This document shows positions 8,621-17,545 of a DNA stretch of 64,000 nucleotides, in pieces. The stretch is from a virus (lineage: Duplodnaviria > Caudoviricetes). The notes beneath the pieces are model-generated. The model saw only the letters and a list, made by a program, of their open reading frames with translations, ran no database searches and had not been told where the DNA came from. The DNA is taken from IMG/VR virus record IMGVR_UViG_3300037418_002116, one strand, 5' to 3'. Numbering within the stretch: position 1 is the stretch's first letter; each line of letters starts with the position of its first letter. A program made the position numbers and the translations under genes.

Positions 8621-8806
8621 TTAAACGGCATATGCCGTCGCTTTGATCGCTTTTTCGATTTCCGACAGCGTAAAGTACATGGCATAGATTTGAGAACCAA
8701 CATCATCACGTTCATTCCCGAATTCCATGAGCGTATACTTTTGCCCAAGCTTCTTAAGTTCCAATTCCGTTTGTCGTTTTTCCGCCTGTAGCTCCGTCAA
8801 AGACAT
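8621..8806 (-). CDS. Hypothetical coiled-coil protein
   Basis: Start taken at MSLTELQAEK. Confidence 0.55.
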   Translation of the reverse strand: MSLTELQAEKRQTELELKKLGQKYTLMEFGNERDDVGSQIYAMYFTLSEIEKAIKATAYAV

Positions 8807-8832
8807 GCCAATGTAGACGTTTTTAACACCCA

Positions 8833-9021
8833 CTAAATTCCTCCACCATCCTCGTTTGTTTCGTGTCTCATTTTTTCGAGCAAATCGAGACACCATTTCG
8901 GTGTTCGTTCGTTCGTGAAAGAACCAGCCGGACCAAAGGACATAACGATTGGCGGTTTGCCAATCGATTCCCTGATAAGGTAGGCCAATTCTCCCTCTTT
9001 CAGTAAAATTACTCTGCCCAT
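8833..9021 (-). CDS. Hypothetical protein
   Basis: ORF in minus-strand array. Confidence 0.55.
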   Translation of the reverse strand: MGRVILLKEGELAYLIRESIGKPPIVMSFGPAGSFTNERTPKWCLDLLEKMRHETNEDGGGI

Positions 9022-9557
9022 GGGTCTGGCGGTCCTTCGCCGGGATTGTCCCGTGCCTGTAGATGCTGGTAAGCATCCTCTAGATAGCGCTGGAAAGAAT
9101 AGCGCTCCGTTGGGTCCGTGCGCTCATACTTTGCCTGTGCCAGCCGGAAAGCTTCGACATCAGTTGGTGTATACGGTTTCGGGTTCATCTGAATGCCCTT
9201 CGAATAAGTTCGTATTGATCCTCTTGGCGTGTCGCCAAGGTTTTTCGCCACAGAACATGGCCACGCCAGCGCCAGACACGATAGATGATCGTGAATGGAG
9301 CCCAATCGTAGCCATCGACTGATTCCGGAATTTTTCGGATTCCGAACCAGCGTTCACGTTTTGATGTGATCAATGGACGACCTTTCCTGTTTCCTTTTCA
9401 CGAATGAATGCGGCACGACCATGGGTCTGCCAATCCCGGCAAGCCTCACGGGCCTCTCCAATTGTGGTACAATCCTCACGGAATGTCGCATTTTCGTGTT
9501 CGAATCCGTTCCATTCGGCACCCCAAATTTCATACTTCGGATTCTGGTAGTCAGCCG

Positions 9558-9851
9558 TCATTCTCCAAACTCCAAAAATGCAGCAACGACGCCGCAACCA
9601 CGATCTTCCTTCACCGGCCTGTAACCGGCTCGTTCGCCGTCCCAAAAATCGGGATCAAGCAATTCATCACCATACACCATCTGTTCGAAGGTGACGACAC
9701 GACCGGTCTTGCTCGATTTCACACCAAATTTGGAGGGAAAGCTACCGCCGAACTGCTTCGCAAGCCCATACAGGCAATGAGTTTTCTTCACCCATCGCAA
9801 AGCTTCGAAATCGACAACAATCATATGATCAGACCGCATCTCAATCTCCAT
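9558..9851 (-). CDS. Hypothetical early protein
   Basis: First ORF downstream of the promoter at ~9862-9890. Confidence 0.65.
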   Translation of the reverse strand: MEIEMRSDHMIVVDFEALRWVKKTHCLYGLAKQFGGSFPSKFGVKSSKTGRVVTFEQMVYGDELLDPDFWDGERAGYRPVKEDRGCGVVAAFLEFGE

Positions 9852-9861
9852 TACATTCGTT

Positions 9862-9890
9862 TATATAATGAAAATGTTGAATGAGTCAAT
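9862..9890 (-). promoter_or_regulatory. Early promoter
   Basis: TTGACT...TTATATA; ACATT/AATGT inverted repeat around -10. Confidence 0.7.
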
Positions 9891-10107
9891 GCTTAAATTC
9901 AATTTTATAAGAAAGTGCCCGGCCTGCCAATGACATCCGGGCACTATTCGGCAATGCTGAATTGCGGTTCAGATGATTTCGTCAATTTCGACAATCTCTT
10001 CATCGCTGATAGGCTTGTACTGCGAAGCCTTATAGAACGCATAGGACCATCCGAGCGACATGGTAATGAGACTCGAAATAAGAACAATCGTTTCAAGCGT
10101 GGTCATT

Positions 10108-10302
10108 TCACATTCCCCAAACCCAATAGGTGTTGACGACAAGGCCAAGCAGTGTGGCCACCGGATTGTGGGGAAACATCTTTTCGACAAGAGTCGCCCC
10201 AACGAGCCCGAGAGTCACGGTGGTCCGGACTCTCTTGCTCTTTTCGAGATGCAAAATGCGCCTTTCGAGCGCATGAAGCTGGTCAAGATGATGTTGAGTC
10301 AT
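10108..10302 (-). CDS. Small membrane protein
   Basis: Coiled N-terminus then two hydrophobic segments. Confidence 0.6.
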   Translation of the reverse strand: MTQHHLDQLHALERRILHLEKSKRVRTTVTLGLVGATLVEKMFPHNPVATLLGLVVNTYWVWGM

Positions 10303-10307
10303 CTTGA

Positions 10308-10529
10308 TTACTCCTCTTCTTCGTGACCGAAGCCAGCGAGAACGAAATTGACGACAACGACCACAAACCCAACGGTTGCGATGTTGGCGACGATGTGGTG
10401 ATCCAGAAAGGCGGTAGCGCCCATGTAGGCCATGTGGGAGATATGCTCCCCGTGGGACAGGCGAACCGTCAGCTTCCTAGCAAGCGCCTTACGGACTTCA
10501 AGAGCCTTATGAAGAGTGGGAGCGGCCAT
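10308..10529 (-). CDS. Small His-rich membrane protein
   Basis: GGAA RBS; hydrophobic VGFVVVVVNFVLAGF and acidic tail. Confidence 0.65.
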   Translation of the reverse strand: MAAPTLHKALEVRKALARKLTVRLSHGEHISHMAYMGATAFLDHHIVANIATVGFVVVVVNFVLAGFGHEEEE

Positions 10530-10625
10530 TCACATTCCTTTCTTTGTAGGTCGTTGCACTCATTTCTCTTACAATTTGGATAATATTCCGAATCTATATA
10601 ATGTCAACTCGGATTCTATAAATTT

Positions 10626-11381
10626 TTACAAAAAAGTTTTATCAAACAAATCAATGGCTTGCTCTGTAGAATCGATGGAATATGGAGAAATGGCATCATT
10701 TTTTAATCGGCCAACCACGATCAAGGTAGCGGACGCCACTTTCTGGTTTATAGATTTGTTCAGGACAGAGCCCGAGCGCTTCAAACGCACTTCCACATTG
10801 ATATTCCCTTCCAACGGCGGAATAGGCAGATTCAGCGGGTTCTTGCCCATATAGAACAAGCCTCGTTTTTCAATCTGGATATAGAATACGCCACCACATT
10901 TGTTATTGTAGTGGTTGACAATCAGCTTTTCAGAGAAAGGGAAAATTTTGGATATGGGAATTAGGAGCCCTTGATTCCGGGCCGCAATCCAAGCCTTCCG
11001 TGTCACACGGAAGGGCACTTCTATGACCGACTCATGAAAAGGTTCTGGGTCATAGGAACGGAAAAATTTCAGAAGTTTATCGATGTGAGGCGAAAGCGGA
11101 ATTAAGGCATCGCTCTTCACCATCTCGATAAAGGAAGAATCCAGATGATTTTTGGCAGGATTGAAACCTGTATCCGGATGATATTGGAAACTGGTTTCGC
11201 CCATTTGGGCATTGAACTTTTTGATTTCAATGTCGATGACATGGCCAGAAACCGACAACTTCAAATCCGTATCATGGGAATTAAAGTTGCCGGTTCCGCC
11301 ATCGAGCAATTGAACCGAAGGAATTTTTTTGATTACGTCTCTAACACGATTTTCATAAACGATACCGGCATTTAATGCCAT
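10626..11381 (-). CDS. PD-(D/E)xK restriction-endonuclease-fold protein
   Basis: YENRV...DTDLKL...DIEIKK catalytic spacing; GGAGTCGG RBS. Confidence 0.65.
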   Translation of the reverse strand: MALNAGIVYENRVRDVIKKIPSVQLLDGGTGNFNSHDTDLKLSVSGHVIDIEIKKFNAQMGETSFQYHPDTGFNPAKNHLDSSFIEMVKSDALIPLSPHIDKLLKFFRSYDPEPFHESVIEVPFRVTRKAWIAARNQGLLIPISKIFPFSEKLIVNHYNNKCGGVFYIQIEKRGLFYMGKNPLNLPIPPLEGNINVEVRLKRSGSVLNKSINQKVASATLIVVGRLKNDAISPYSIDSTEQAIDLFDKTFL

Positions 11382-11503
11382 CCGACTCCATTTCTAGGAG
11401 TCGCCCGGTTTGGGACTATTCAGTCCCTCATACGGAAGTCGTCTAGACGATTGGTTTGTACGCTAGATTAACCCGTTGAAGGCCGATTTCGCATACAAAC
11501 CAA

Positions 11504-12643
11504 TCAAATCATGTGTTTAGCTTTGAAGGTTTCCCATTTCAGCTTTTGTGTAGAGTTTTTCTCGATACGCTTCAAGATTGCCGTTCTAGCAGGCTGTTCA
11601 GCGAATTGAGCGAATAGAATCGGAACATCGTCCGGCTCAAATTCCTTCGCAAATTCTAGTGCAAACTTCTTACGATCACCCGAAGATTTTTGGTACACAT
11701 CGTTATAGATTGCATGATATTTCGATTCTTGGCGATTTACAGACGCCCAGAATTCTTGTTCAAATTCAATTACCCTATTAAGGTCTTCTTCTATCAGTAA
11801 TGATTTCAAGTCATCGATCTTTTCTTGAAGGATGGCTTGAACAATGTTGTATTCAGCGGAATTAACAAGTTCTTTCGAATTATGCATTAGGCAATATTCG
11901 GAAGTTTTGAATTTCAGCATGTGCCCGTTGTCGAAACGAAGCACATAACCTTCAATACCTTGTTGGTCCTGAACACTCGCAATAAATTGGGCGAGTTCCT
12001 TTTGACTATTATATGTTGCTACAGTGGGAATATCCCAATGACCGGCTAACTCTTTCATCTCTTCCGGATGAAAATATTCACCAGTATCATTATATCTTAT
12101 AGCAGTTAATATCAAATTGTCAATAGGATAATCTATAACTATCCTATTTTTACGGGAAGTCCACTCAAATATTGGTGTAATTTCTTCCTCATCACAGTAT
12201 TCTGCAAACTTGTTGTACTTCTTATTGGCATATGCAAAATACTCTGCATTATTTCCAACATCCGTGATACCCATCTTTGTTCCCCAACGGAAGCCGTTGT
12301 GCAGACGGAGTGGCGTGATCATGGAACCGTCAAGCTTTTCGAACACCGTGTGGGGTTGCGATAGGTCGATAAGGTTCGCTTGCGTCTCTGGACGTTCGTT
12401 GATGTTGAAAAATTTATGGAAACGACGGGACAATAATTTTCCGTCCGGAGCAAAGACAATGCCTCGGCACTCACGACGGAGAGCATCATTCAGAGTCGTG
12501 ACGGGCGGAAACGAATCCGGCATGTGGACCACATAGTTGATAACAATGTAATCCTCTTTGTCACAAACAATGAATTCGTCCCGGCCTTTGATAGCCGGGA
12601 GAACATCATCAATCGTGCTTATTTTTGGAAATTCGTAAAACAT
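11504..12643 (-). CDS. rnlA: RNA ligase 1 (T4 RnlA/gp63 family)
   Basis: ECRG, RRFHKFFN, EKLDGS (motif I), EGYVLRF (IV), LKFK (V). Confidence 0.92.
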   Translation of the reverse strand: MFYEFPKISTIDDVLPAIKGRDEFIVCDKEDYIVINYVVHMPDSFPPVTTLNDALRRECRGIVFAPDGKLLSRRFHKFFNINERPETQANLIDLSQPHTVFEKLDGSMITPLRLHNGFRWGTKMGITDVGNNAEYFAYANKKYNKFAEYCDEEEITPIFEWTSRKNRIVIDYPIDNLILTAIRYNDTGEYFHPEEMKELAGHWDIPTVATYNSQKELAQFIASVQDQQGIEGYVLRFDNGHMLKFKTSEYCLMHNSKELVNSAEYNIVQAILQEKIDDLKSLLIEEDLNRVIEFEQEFWASVNRQESKYHAIYNDVYQKSSGDRKKFALEFAKEFEPDDVPILFAQFAEQPARTAILKRIEKNSTQKLKWETFKAKHMI

Positions 12644-12920
12644 TTTTCTGTTTCAATTCATTCAATGATTTGGCTTTAGACCACTCAAAATTGTATGGAT
12701 TCTGATAATAAAGAACATCGTCAATGTATTGATATTGATGAAAAGGGCCAGTATTTGCTTGTGGAATATCAGGATTCCCAAACAAATAATCTTCTGCCGT
12801 AAAAGAGTTGGCTACTGTTACATTGCCATCCCCAATATATTCATGTGTCGGCGGTTTTAGATTAACCTCTGGTTTCAATGCCGCCTGTTTGACTGCATCA
12901 GAAAGTAATTTATTCTTCAT
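12609..12920 (-). CDS. Hypothetical protein
   Basis: ORF in minus-strand array. Confidence 0.6.
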   Translation of the reverse strand: MKNKLLSDAVKQAALKPEVNLKPPTHEYIGDGNVTVANSFTAEDYLFGNPDIPQANTGPFHQYQYIDDVLYYQNPYNFEWSKAKSLNELKQKNVLRISKNKHD

Positions 12921-13131
12921 CAGTTAGATTTATAAAAGAATTTACAAACTTTTGTTCTTTTTCGAAATTAGCATTGGCGTATGGTTCGGTCGGTTCGTGA
13001 GCGACCTTTGCCAACTCATCTAGTTTTTCATCGACAATCTTTGTCGCTACCGGATGATTATTCGCAACTTTACGAATAGATTCGTAAATTCTTATTTCTT
13101 TTTCAGTGAACCACGGCTTATGGGTATTCAA
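12910..13131 (-). CDS. Hypothetical protein
   Basis: ORF in minus-strand array. Confidence 0.6.
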   Translation of the reverse strand: MNTHKPWFTEKEIRIYESIRKVANNHPVATKIVDEKLDELAKVAHEPTEPYANANFEKEQKFVNSFINLTDEE

Positions 13132-13429
13132 TCAATAGTCCTGCGGTCTTGGTAACCATCAACTTCATCAAACCTGTAAATGAAGGTGCATACAGAGAAT
13201 GGACAGATTGCTCTATCTGAACGGGTGATGTTTCCAGAGTATTTTCGACAAGCCAATGCATTGACCACATTTCGTTCGTGGCCTTGGCTTTCTGGAATGC
13301 CAATTCAGAGTCCCATTCGTCGGGATTGAATGGAATATTCTCGAAAAGCTCTTCAACAGTGCATTCTTGCTGCTTTTGGAAATTGTGAAAAATCGACAAA
13401 TCCCGATGTTGGGGAAGTATTACAGACAT
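13118..13429 (-). CDS. Hypothetical protein
   Basis: AGGA RBS; ORF in array. Confidence 0.6.
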   Translation of the reverse strand: MSVILPQHRDLSIFHNFQKQQECTVEELFENIPFNPDEWDSELAFQKAKATNEMWSMHWLVENTLETSPVQIEQSVHSLYAPSFTGLMKLMVTKTAGLLIEYP

Positions 13430-13490
13430 GTTATCCTATGTTAGAAAAGGGGTTTTGCATAAATATGAAAAGAAACCAAAGGGAATATAG

Positions 13491-14177
13491 ATGAAATCCT
13501 TTAAACAGTTCCTTGTTGAACAAGAGGTAGATCAGCAAAAAATTGTTGAATTCTACAATCAACTGCTACCTAAATTGCAGCATGTCGAAAGATCATTCGA
13601 TCAAGTTTTGCGGGCATCCTTGCCGAAGCGCATTTCCAAGTGGAAAGGCCCCGGCGAATACCATAAGGCTCACAATGTGAATCCGGTTGTCTTGACCGAT
13701 ATCAAATCTATTGGTTCGGTTATCTCAAAGGTCAAGCGTGGCAAAAAGGTCGAACAGATTGGCGACTTGGTTCGTGGCGCTGTTCTGATGCCGGATCACG
13801 CTGGCGTTGAAGAATTTGTCAAAAGTTTCATTCGCAAAAATCAGGGAATCATCGCCAAGCACGAAATCAAAGCCCATGGCGGCGATCTTGAATATGGCTA
13901 TTACGGTTCGCAACACCTTGATTTGATCATCGACGGTTTGCGTGTCGAGCTACAGGTTATGACTCAAAAGCTCTGGAAAATGAAACATGCCGCTCACGTG
14001 ATTTATACGAAAACCCGTGAAACAGGCGCTACAGAATCCGATAAAATTCAGTCACGAAACATTTTCAAACAAGGCAACAAGCCTAAGTACGTGCGTGAAG
14101 AAGATGTGCCGGATGATTTCGAAGCGCTCTTGGAATTCATGCAAGAGGAAGACCGCTGGACGCTCTTCCTCGATTAA
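13491..14177 (+). CDS. RelA/SpoT-family small alarmone synthetase domain with capsid-targeting-like N-terminus
   Basis: IKSIGSVISK, GDLVRGAV, YYGSQH, VELQVMT, HVIY motifs; starts MKSFKQFLVE; CATAAATA late-type promoter at ~13458. Confidence 0.8.
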   Translation: MKSFKQFLVEQEVDQQKIVEFYNQLLPKLQHVERSFDQVLRASLPKRISKWKGPGEYHKAHNVNPVVLTDIKSIGSVISKVKRGKKVEQIGDLVRGAVLMPDHAGVEEFVKSFIRKNQGIIAKHEIKAHGGDLEYGYYGSQHLDLIIDGLRVELQVMTQKLWKMKHAAHVIYTKTRETGATESDKIQSRNIFKQGNKPKYVREEDVPDDFEALLEFMQEEDRWTLFLD

Positions 14178-14569
14178 TAGGGCTCTTGGACAGCGAAGTA
14201 ATAGAACACACCATCGCTCTCTGCCATCGTGTAGGCACCCACAAGCTTCTTTGCGAGCTTCTTTGCGAGATAGGTGTAAACCTTCTGCTTCTTATCCGTG
14301 TTCGACGTGAAGAAGAACATGTGGGGCTTCTTCGAACCAAGCCACTCCATCATAATGGACTCAAGCTTGGTGAACACCTTCTTTGAATTCTTGAAGTAGT
14401 TCCTATCCCGCATACCGAAGTCAACGGCATCATCGTTCCATCTGGGAACGAAAGCGTTCATCTTGGTAGCACCACCGATCACATAAAAGCTTACAGAACC
14501 GGCATCGGAAACCTCAAACCGGTAGGCAAGACCGTCGATAGTGAACTTCTTTCTGTACTGCATTCTCAC
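14174..14569 (-). CDS. Hypothetical protein, convergent on the synthetase gene
   Basis: Phage-like composition; 4-nt overlap of stops. Confidence 0.7.
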   Translation of the reverse strand: MRMQYRKKFTIDGLAYRFEVSDAGSVSFYVIGGATKMNAFVPRWNDDAVDFGMRDRNYFKNSKKVFTKLESIMMEWLGSKKPHMFFFTSNTDKKQKVYTYLAKKLAKKLVGAYTMAESDGVFYYFAVQEPY

Positions 14570-14619
14570 TCACTTTCGGCCTTTATGTAGTCCATTCTTG
14601 AACGATTGTCAATAGAAAA

Positions 14620-15651
14620 TTATTTTGACCGTTTTTGATATGGAACCATCACGAATGCATCAGATGGAAATGCTTGTTTTAATTGATCTATTTTACTCTT
14701 TGCCTTATCGACCGAAAATGCAATTTTTCCATCATCTCGTTTGAAAGCGAAACCGATTTTTCCACCGTGGCGGCGATGCACAGTCACCATTCCATCCTGC
14801 GGTTCTTCCTTAGAAGATTCGGCTTTCTTAGCCTTTGGTTTGGCTTTTGTCGTTGTCGATCCCTTAGAATCGGTATCCTTCTGCCATGTTTTCATATCCG
14901 GCTGTAGGAGAGATGATGGCTTAGGCTTCTTCGGATATGGATTTTTATCGAGCTTGGAAATTTTCGTTCTGAAAAATTTCTTCATGTCGTGTTCATCCGG
15001 AGCGTTCTTTGCCAGCCAATCATGCAGCTTGGCTTGGATGGCTTGGGCTTCCGCCATCGGCTGGCCAGACTTTTTCACCGACAGAAAGCAGAGTCCTTTC
15101 AGGTGAAATTCGGTATTGTCGGAATCGGAAAATTTCACGGCATGATTGTCGTTCTTCAAAAGGATTTTCACATCACCGTCGATCTTCCCCGGCAATTTGC
15201 CGTTCAAAACTCCCTTCATGAATTTGCTGTTGTCCAGCGTCTTCAAAGTCACGTCGTGAGGATAGATATCCCGGCGTGTCGAATTGCGCTTGACTTCGAT
15301 GTGGTAATTCGACATGGCCCAACCGATATGGATATTTTGCGGCTCATAGCCGAACTCCAAAAGGTGAGGGATGATTTCCTGAATGCTTTCGGCATTCGCA
15401 GCCAAAACATCAAACATGATATTTGGTAGAGATTCCGAAAAAACAGTTCTGACCTTTTCCAGATAGGTCATTGCCGGTTTCCAGTTCTTTCCCGAATACT
15501 GTTTGAACTTGGTATGCTCCATGAACATTTTGTGGCTGTAGCCCATGTCTGTCTCTTTATCAGCGACAACAAAGACTACTTGTCCATCGGTTTGACCATC
15601 ATTGAAAACAATAAGGTTTTCAGCAAGATAGCGTTGTTTGAAGTTTTTCAA
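14620..15651 (-). CDS. P-loop-kinase-like protein with degenerate Walker A, basic C-terminal tail and capsid-targeting-like N-terminus
   Basis: GQVVFVVADKETDMGY where GxxGSGK is expected; NIMFDV, GYEPQNIHIGW, DGDV; starts (M)KNFKQRYLAE. Confidence 0.55.
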   Translation of the reverse strand: MKNFKQRYLAENLIVFNDGQTDGQVVFVVADKETDMGYSHKMFMEHTKFKQYSGKNWKPAMTYLEKVRTVFSESLPNIMFDVLAANAESIQEIIPHLLEFGYEPQNIHIGWAMSNYHIEVKRNSTRRDIYPHDVTLKTLDNSKFMKGVLNGKLPGKIDGDVKILLKNDNHAVKFSDSDNTEFHLKGLCFLSVKKSGQPMAEAQAIQAKLHDWLAKNAPDEHDMKKFFRTKISKLDKNPYPKKPKPSSLLQPDMKTWQKDTDSKGSTTTKAKPKAKKAESSKEEPQDGMVTVHRRHGGKIGFAFKRDDGKIAFSVDKAKSKIDQLKQAFPSDAFVMVPYQKRSK

Positions 15652-15658
15652 TGAAATC

Positions 15659-15694
15659 CTCGGATAGCTTGTTTTCTTTATTTAGCTATCCGAG
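15659..15694 (-). promoter_or_regulatory. Late promoter in the loop of an RBS-sequestering hairpin
   Basis: CTCGGATAGCT/AGCTATCCGAG 11-bp inverted repeat; CTAAATA at the stem-loop junction; 3' arm runs into the GAGG Shine-Dalgarno. Confidence 0.7.
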
Positions 15695-15699
15695 TTTAG

Positions 15700-16386
15700 T
15701 TATCGCATGAACTTCCGTTTGTGGATGTCGATGCCGTCATAGGTCTTTTCGACTTGGAAGTACCATGTTCGATCCGGCCTTTCCGTGTTGAAACGGACGG
15801 CTGACAACGGTCCACCGAACACGCAACCGGTATCGATGTTCAATTGGTTTTTCCGCTCATAGATCGCCTGTACCGGCGTATGACCATGCGTGACATAGTA
15901 GCCATATTCGTAATCGTCATTGTAGAAACGAAAATCCCGGTCCCATATGATGGTCTGTTCGTTCTGGTCTTCCATGCATTTCGAAGGATCGATTCCGGCA
16001 TGAACGAATACGTAATGGTCATATTGGTAATAGAGACGGAGCGACTTCAAAAAATTCATGGTCACTTCGTCCTTATACCAAAGCTGGCCATGATAGGATT
16101 CGACAGTTGCCGCTCCACCATTCTGCATCCAATGCCAACCTTTGCCGTCACGCATCATGTCTTCATGATTACCTTTGATGTAGATATGCTCTACATTTTC
16201 CGGCTGTTCACGACGGCGCTGGTCCAGAAAATGAATCACACCACGGGAATCAGGACCACGGTCCACATAGTCACCAATGGTGATGATTTTGGCTTCGTTG
16301 TCGCCTCGATCTTCGTCAATCAAGGCAATCATAGCCTGTAGTTCGGCAAGGCATCCATGGATGTCACCGATAGCGTATAGTAGCAT
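15700..16386 (-). CDS. Ser/Thr protein phosphatase (lambda NinI/PrpA type)
   Basis: GDIHG, GDYVDRG, GNHE, HAG, HGHTP, IDTG. Confidence 0.92.
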   Translation of the reverse strand: MLLYAIGDIHGCLAELQAMIALIDEDRGDNEAKIITIGDYVDRGPDSRGVIHFLDQRRREQPENVEHIYIKGNHEDMMRDGKGWHWMQNGGAATVESYHGQLWYKDEVTMNFLKSLRLYYQYDHYVFVHAGIDPSKCMEDQNEQTIIWDRDFRFYNDDYEYGYYVTHGHTPVQAIYERKNQLNIDTGCVFGGPLSAVRFNTERPDRTWYFQVEKTYDGIDIHKRKFMR

Positions 16387-16400
16387 TTTAAATGGACCTA

Positions 16401-16862
16401 TTAAGAAGCGGTTCCGTTGCCCACGTCGAGAACGAAAATTTTCCGCTTGTTATACACGTTTTGGATGACACCGGGACGATCTTCGAACGCCATGAACACC
16501 GGGCCGTATGTCGCCTCGATATGGTCAAGTAGGTCGTGCTTGGCCTCCCAATCCGGACGATTGTCACCCTTAGCCCGCATGATCAGTACATGACGAGAAA
16601 AGTTGTTCTTGTCCAGCCATTGTTCCGTGATTTCTCGTTCTTCCTCGGAACGGGCAGTCATGATGATGCAAAGATTGTCGGGAAGTGTCGCCAGCGCATT
16701 GAAAATATATTGCGTCTGGGGAATTGGGTCGTCATTGACCGACAATTCCATGAAGGCTTTCCAGTTCTTTGGTTTCGACTTGATTAGAGGCAGTCGATGT
16801 GCCGAGTCTGAAATTGTTCCGTCAATATCCCAAACTATGATTTTCTTAATTATTTCCTGCAA
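16401..16862 (-). CDS. HAD phosphatase, PNK 3'-phosphatase (PseT C-terminal) type
   Basis: WDIDGT, MTARSE, MRAKGDNRPD..K, FEDR. Confidence 0.88.
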   Translation of the reverse strand: MQEIIKKIIVWDIDGTISDSAHRLPLIKSKPKNWKAFMELSVNDDPIPQTQYIFNALATLPDNLCIIMTARSEEEREITEQWLDKNNFSRHVLIMRAKGDNRPDWEAKHDLLDHIEATYGPVFMAFEDRPGVIQNVYNKRKIFVLDVGNGTAS

Positions 16863-17094
16863 TACCTTTTTCTCTCTTCGATTCGCTTACAATTCGTTCT
16901 AAAATATTCAGCTTCCAAGTTAGGCGCTGTTGTTCCAATTCGGCATGACGATTAACGAGCGCCAAAGCCATTATCGGACTATCATCCTTGATTTTGTCAG
17001 CACGGTCCAACAGTTCATCATTTCGATTCCGCCAATCGGAATCGAATTTGATTTCATGTGGTTCGGCGTGTTCTGAAAATTTCAGTTCAGACAT
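16846..17094 (-). CDS. Hypothetical protein
   Basis: ORF in array; shares the MSELS/MSELK start with its neighbour. Confidence 0.6.
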   Translation of the reverse strand: MSELKFSEHAEPHEIKFDSDWRNRNDELLDRADKIKDDSPIMALALVNRHAELEQQRLTWKLNILERIVSESKREKGIAGNN

Positions 17095-17378
17095 TATTTG
17101 AACAATCTGGCCGGTTTTCGTTGTAGTCCATGGCGTCTGCGATACCGTTCAGCGATTCTAAATGCGATTGAATTTAGTCTGCAATAACAGTAGGAATGAT
17201 CCTTTTCAGGACCAAGACAGCCACACGCACTTCCATACCACACGTTATCTGGGTGTTCCAACCACCAAATAATGCTGGAACGAAGCTGCTGTTTAATTGG
17301 CAACTTGTATTCCACAGGTTGGATCGGCTGTGGACGATGTTTTGCTCGCAGTTCTTCCAATCTACTTAGTTCAGACAT
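17094..17378 (-). CDS. Hypothetical Cys-rich protein
   Basis: CGC...CYC cluster; related pattern in 34470-34820. Confidence 0.6.
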   Translation of the reverse strand: MSELSRLEELRAKHRPQPIQPVEYKLPIKQQLRSSIIWWLEHPDNVWYGSACGCLGPEKDHSYCYCRLNSIAFRIAERYRRRHGLQRKPARLFK

Positions 17379-17545
17379 TCGTACTCATTCGCCTCTAGCG
17401 TAATGTACTGAATTGTCTTCGAATAATCCCGAACGACATAAAATCCGTTCGGAAGAATGGCGTTAACCAACACCAGCCGCAATTTTTTGAACATTCTCAC
17501 CCTCTCATGGTATTATGAACAATATATCCGAATTTCAATAGGGAG

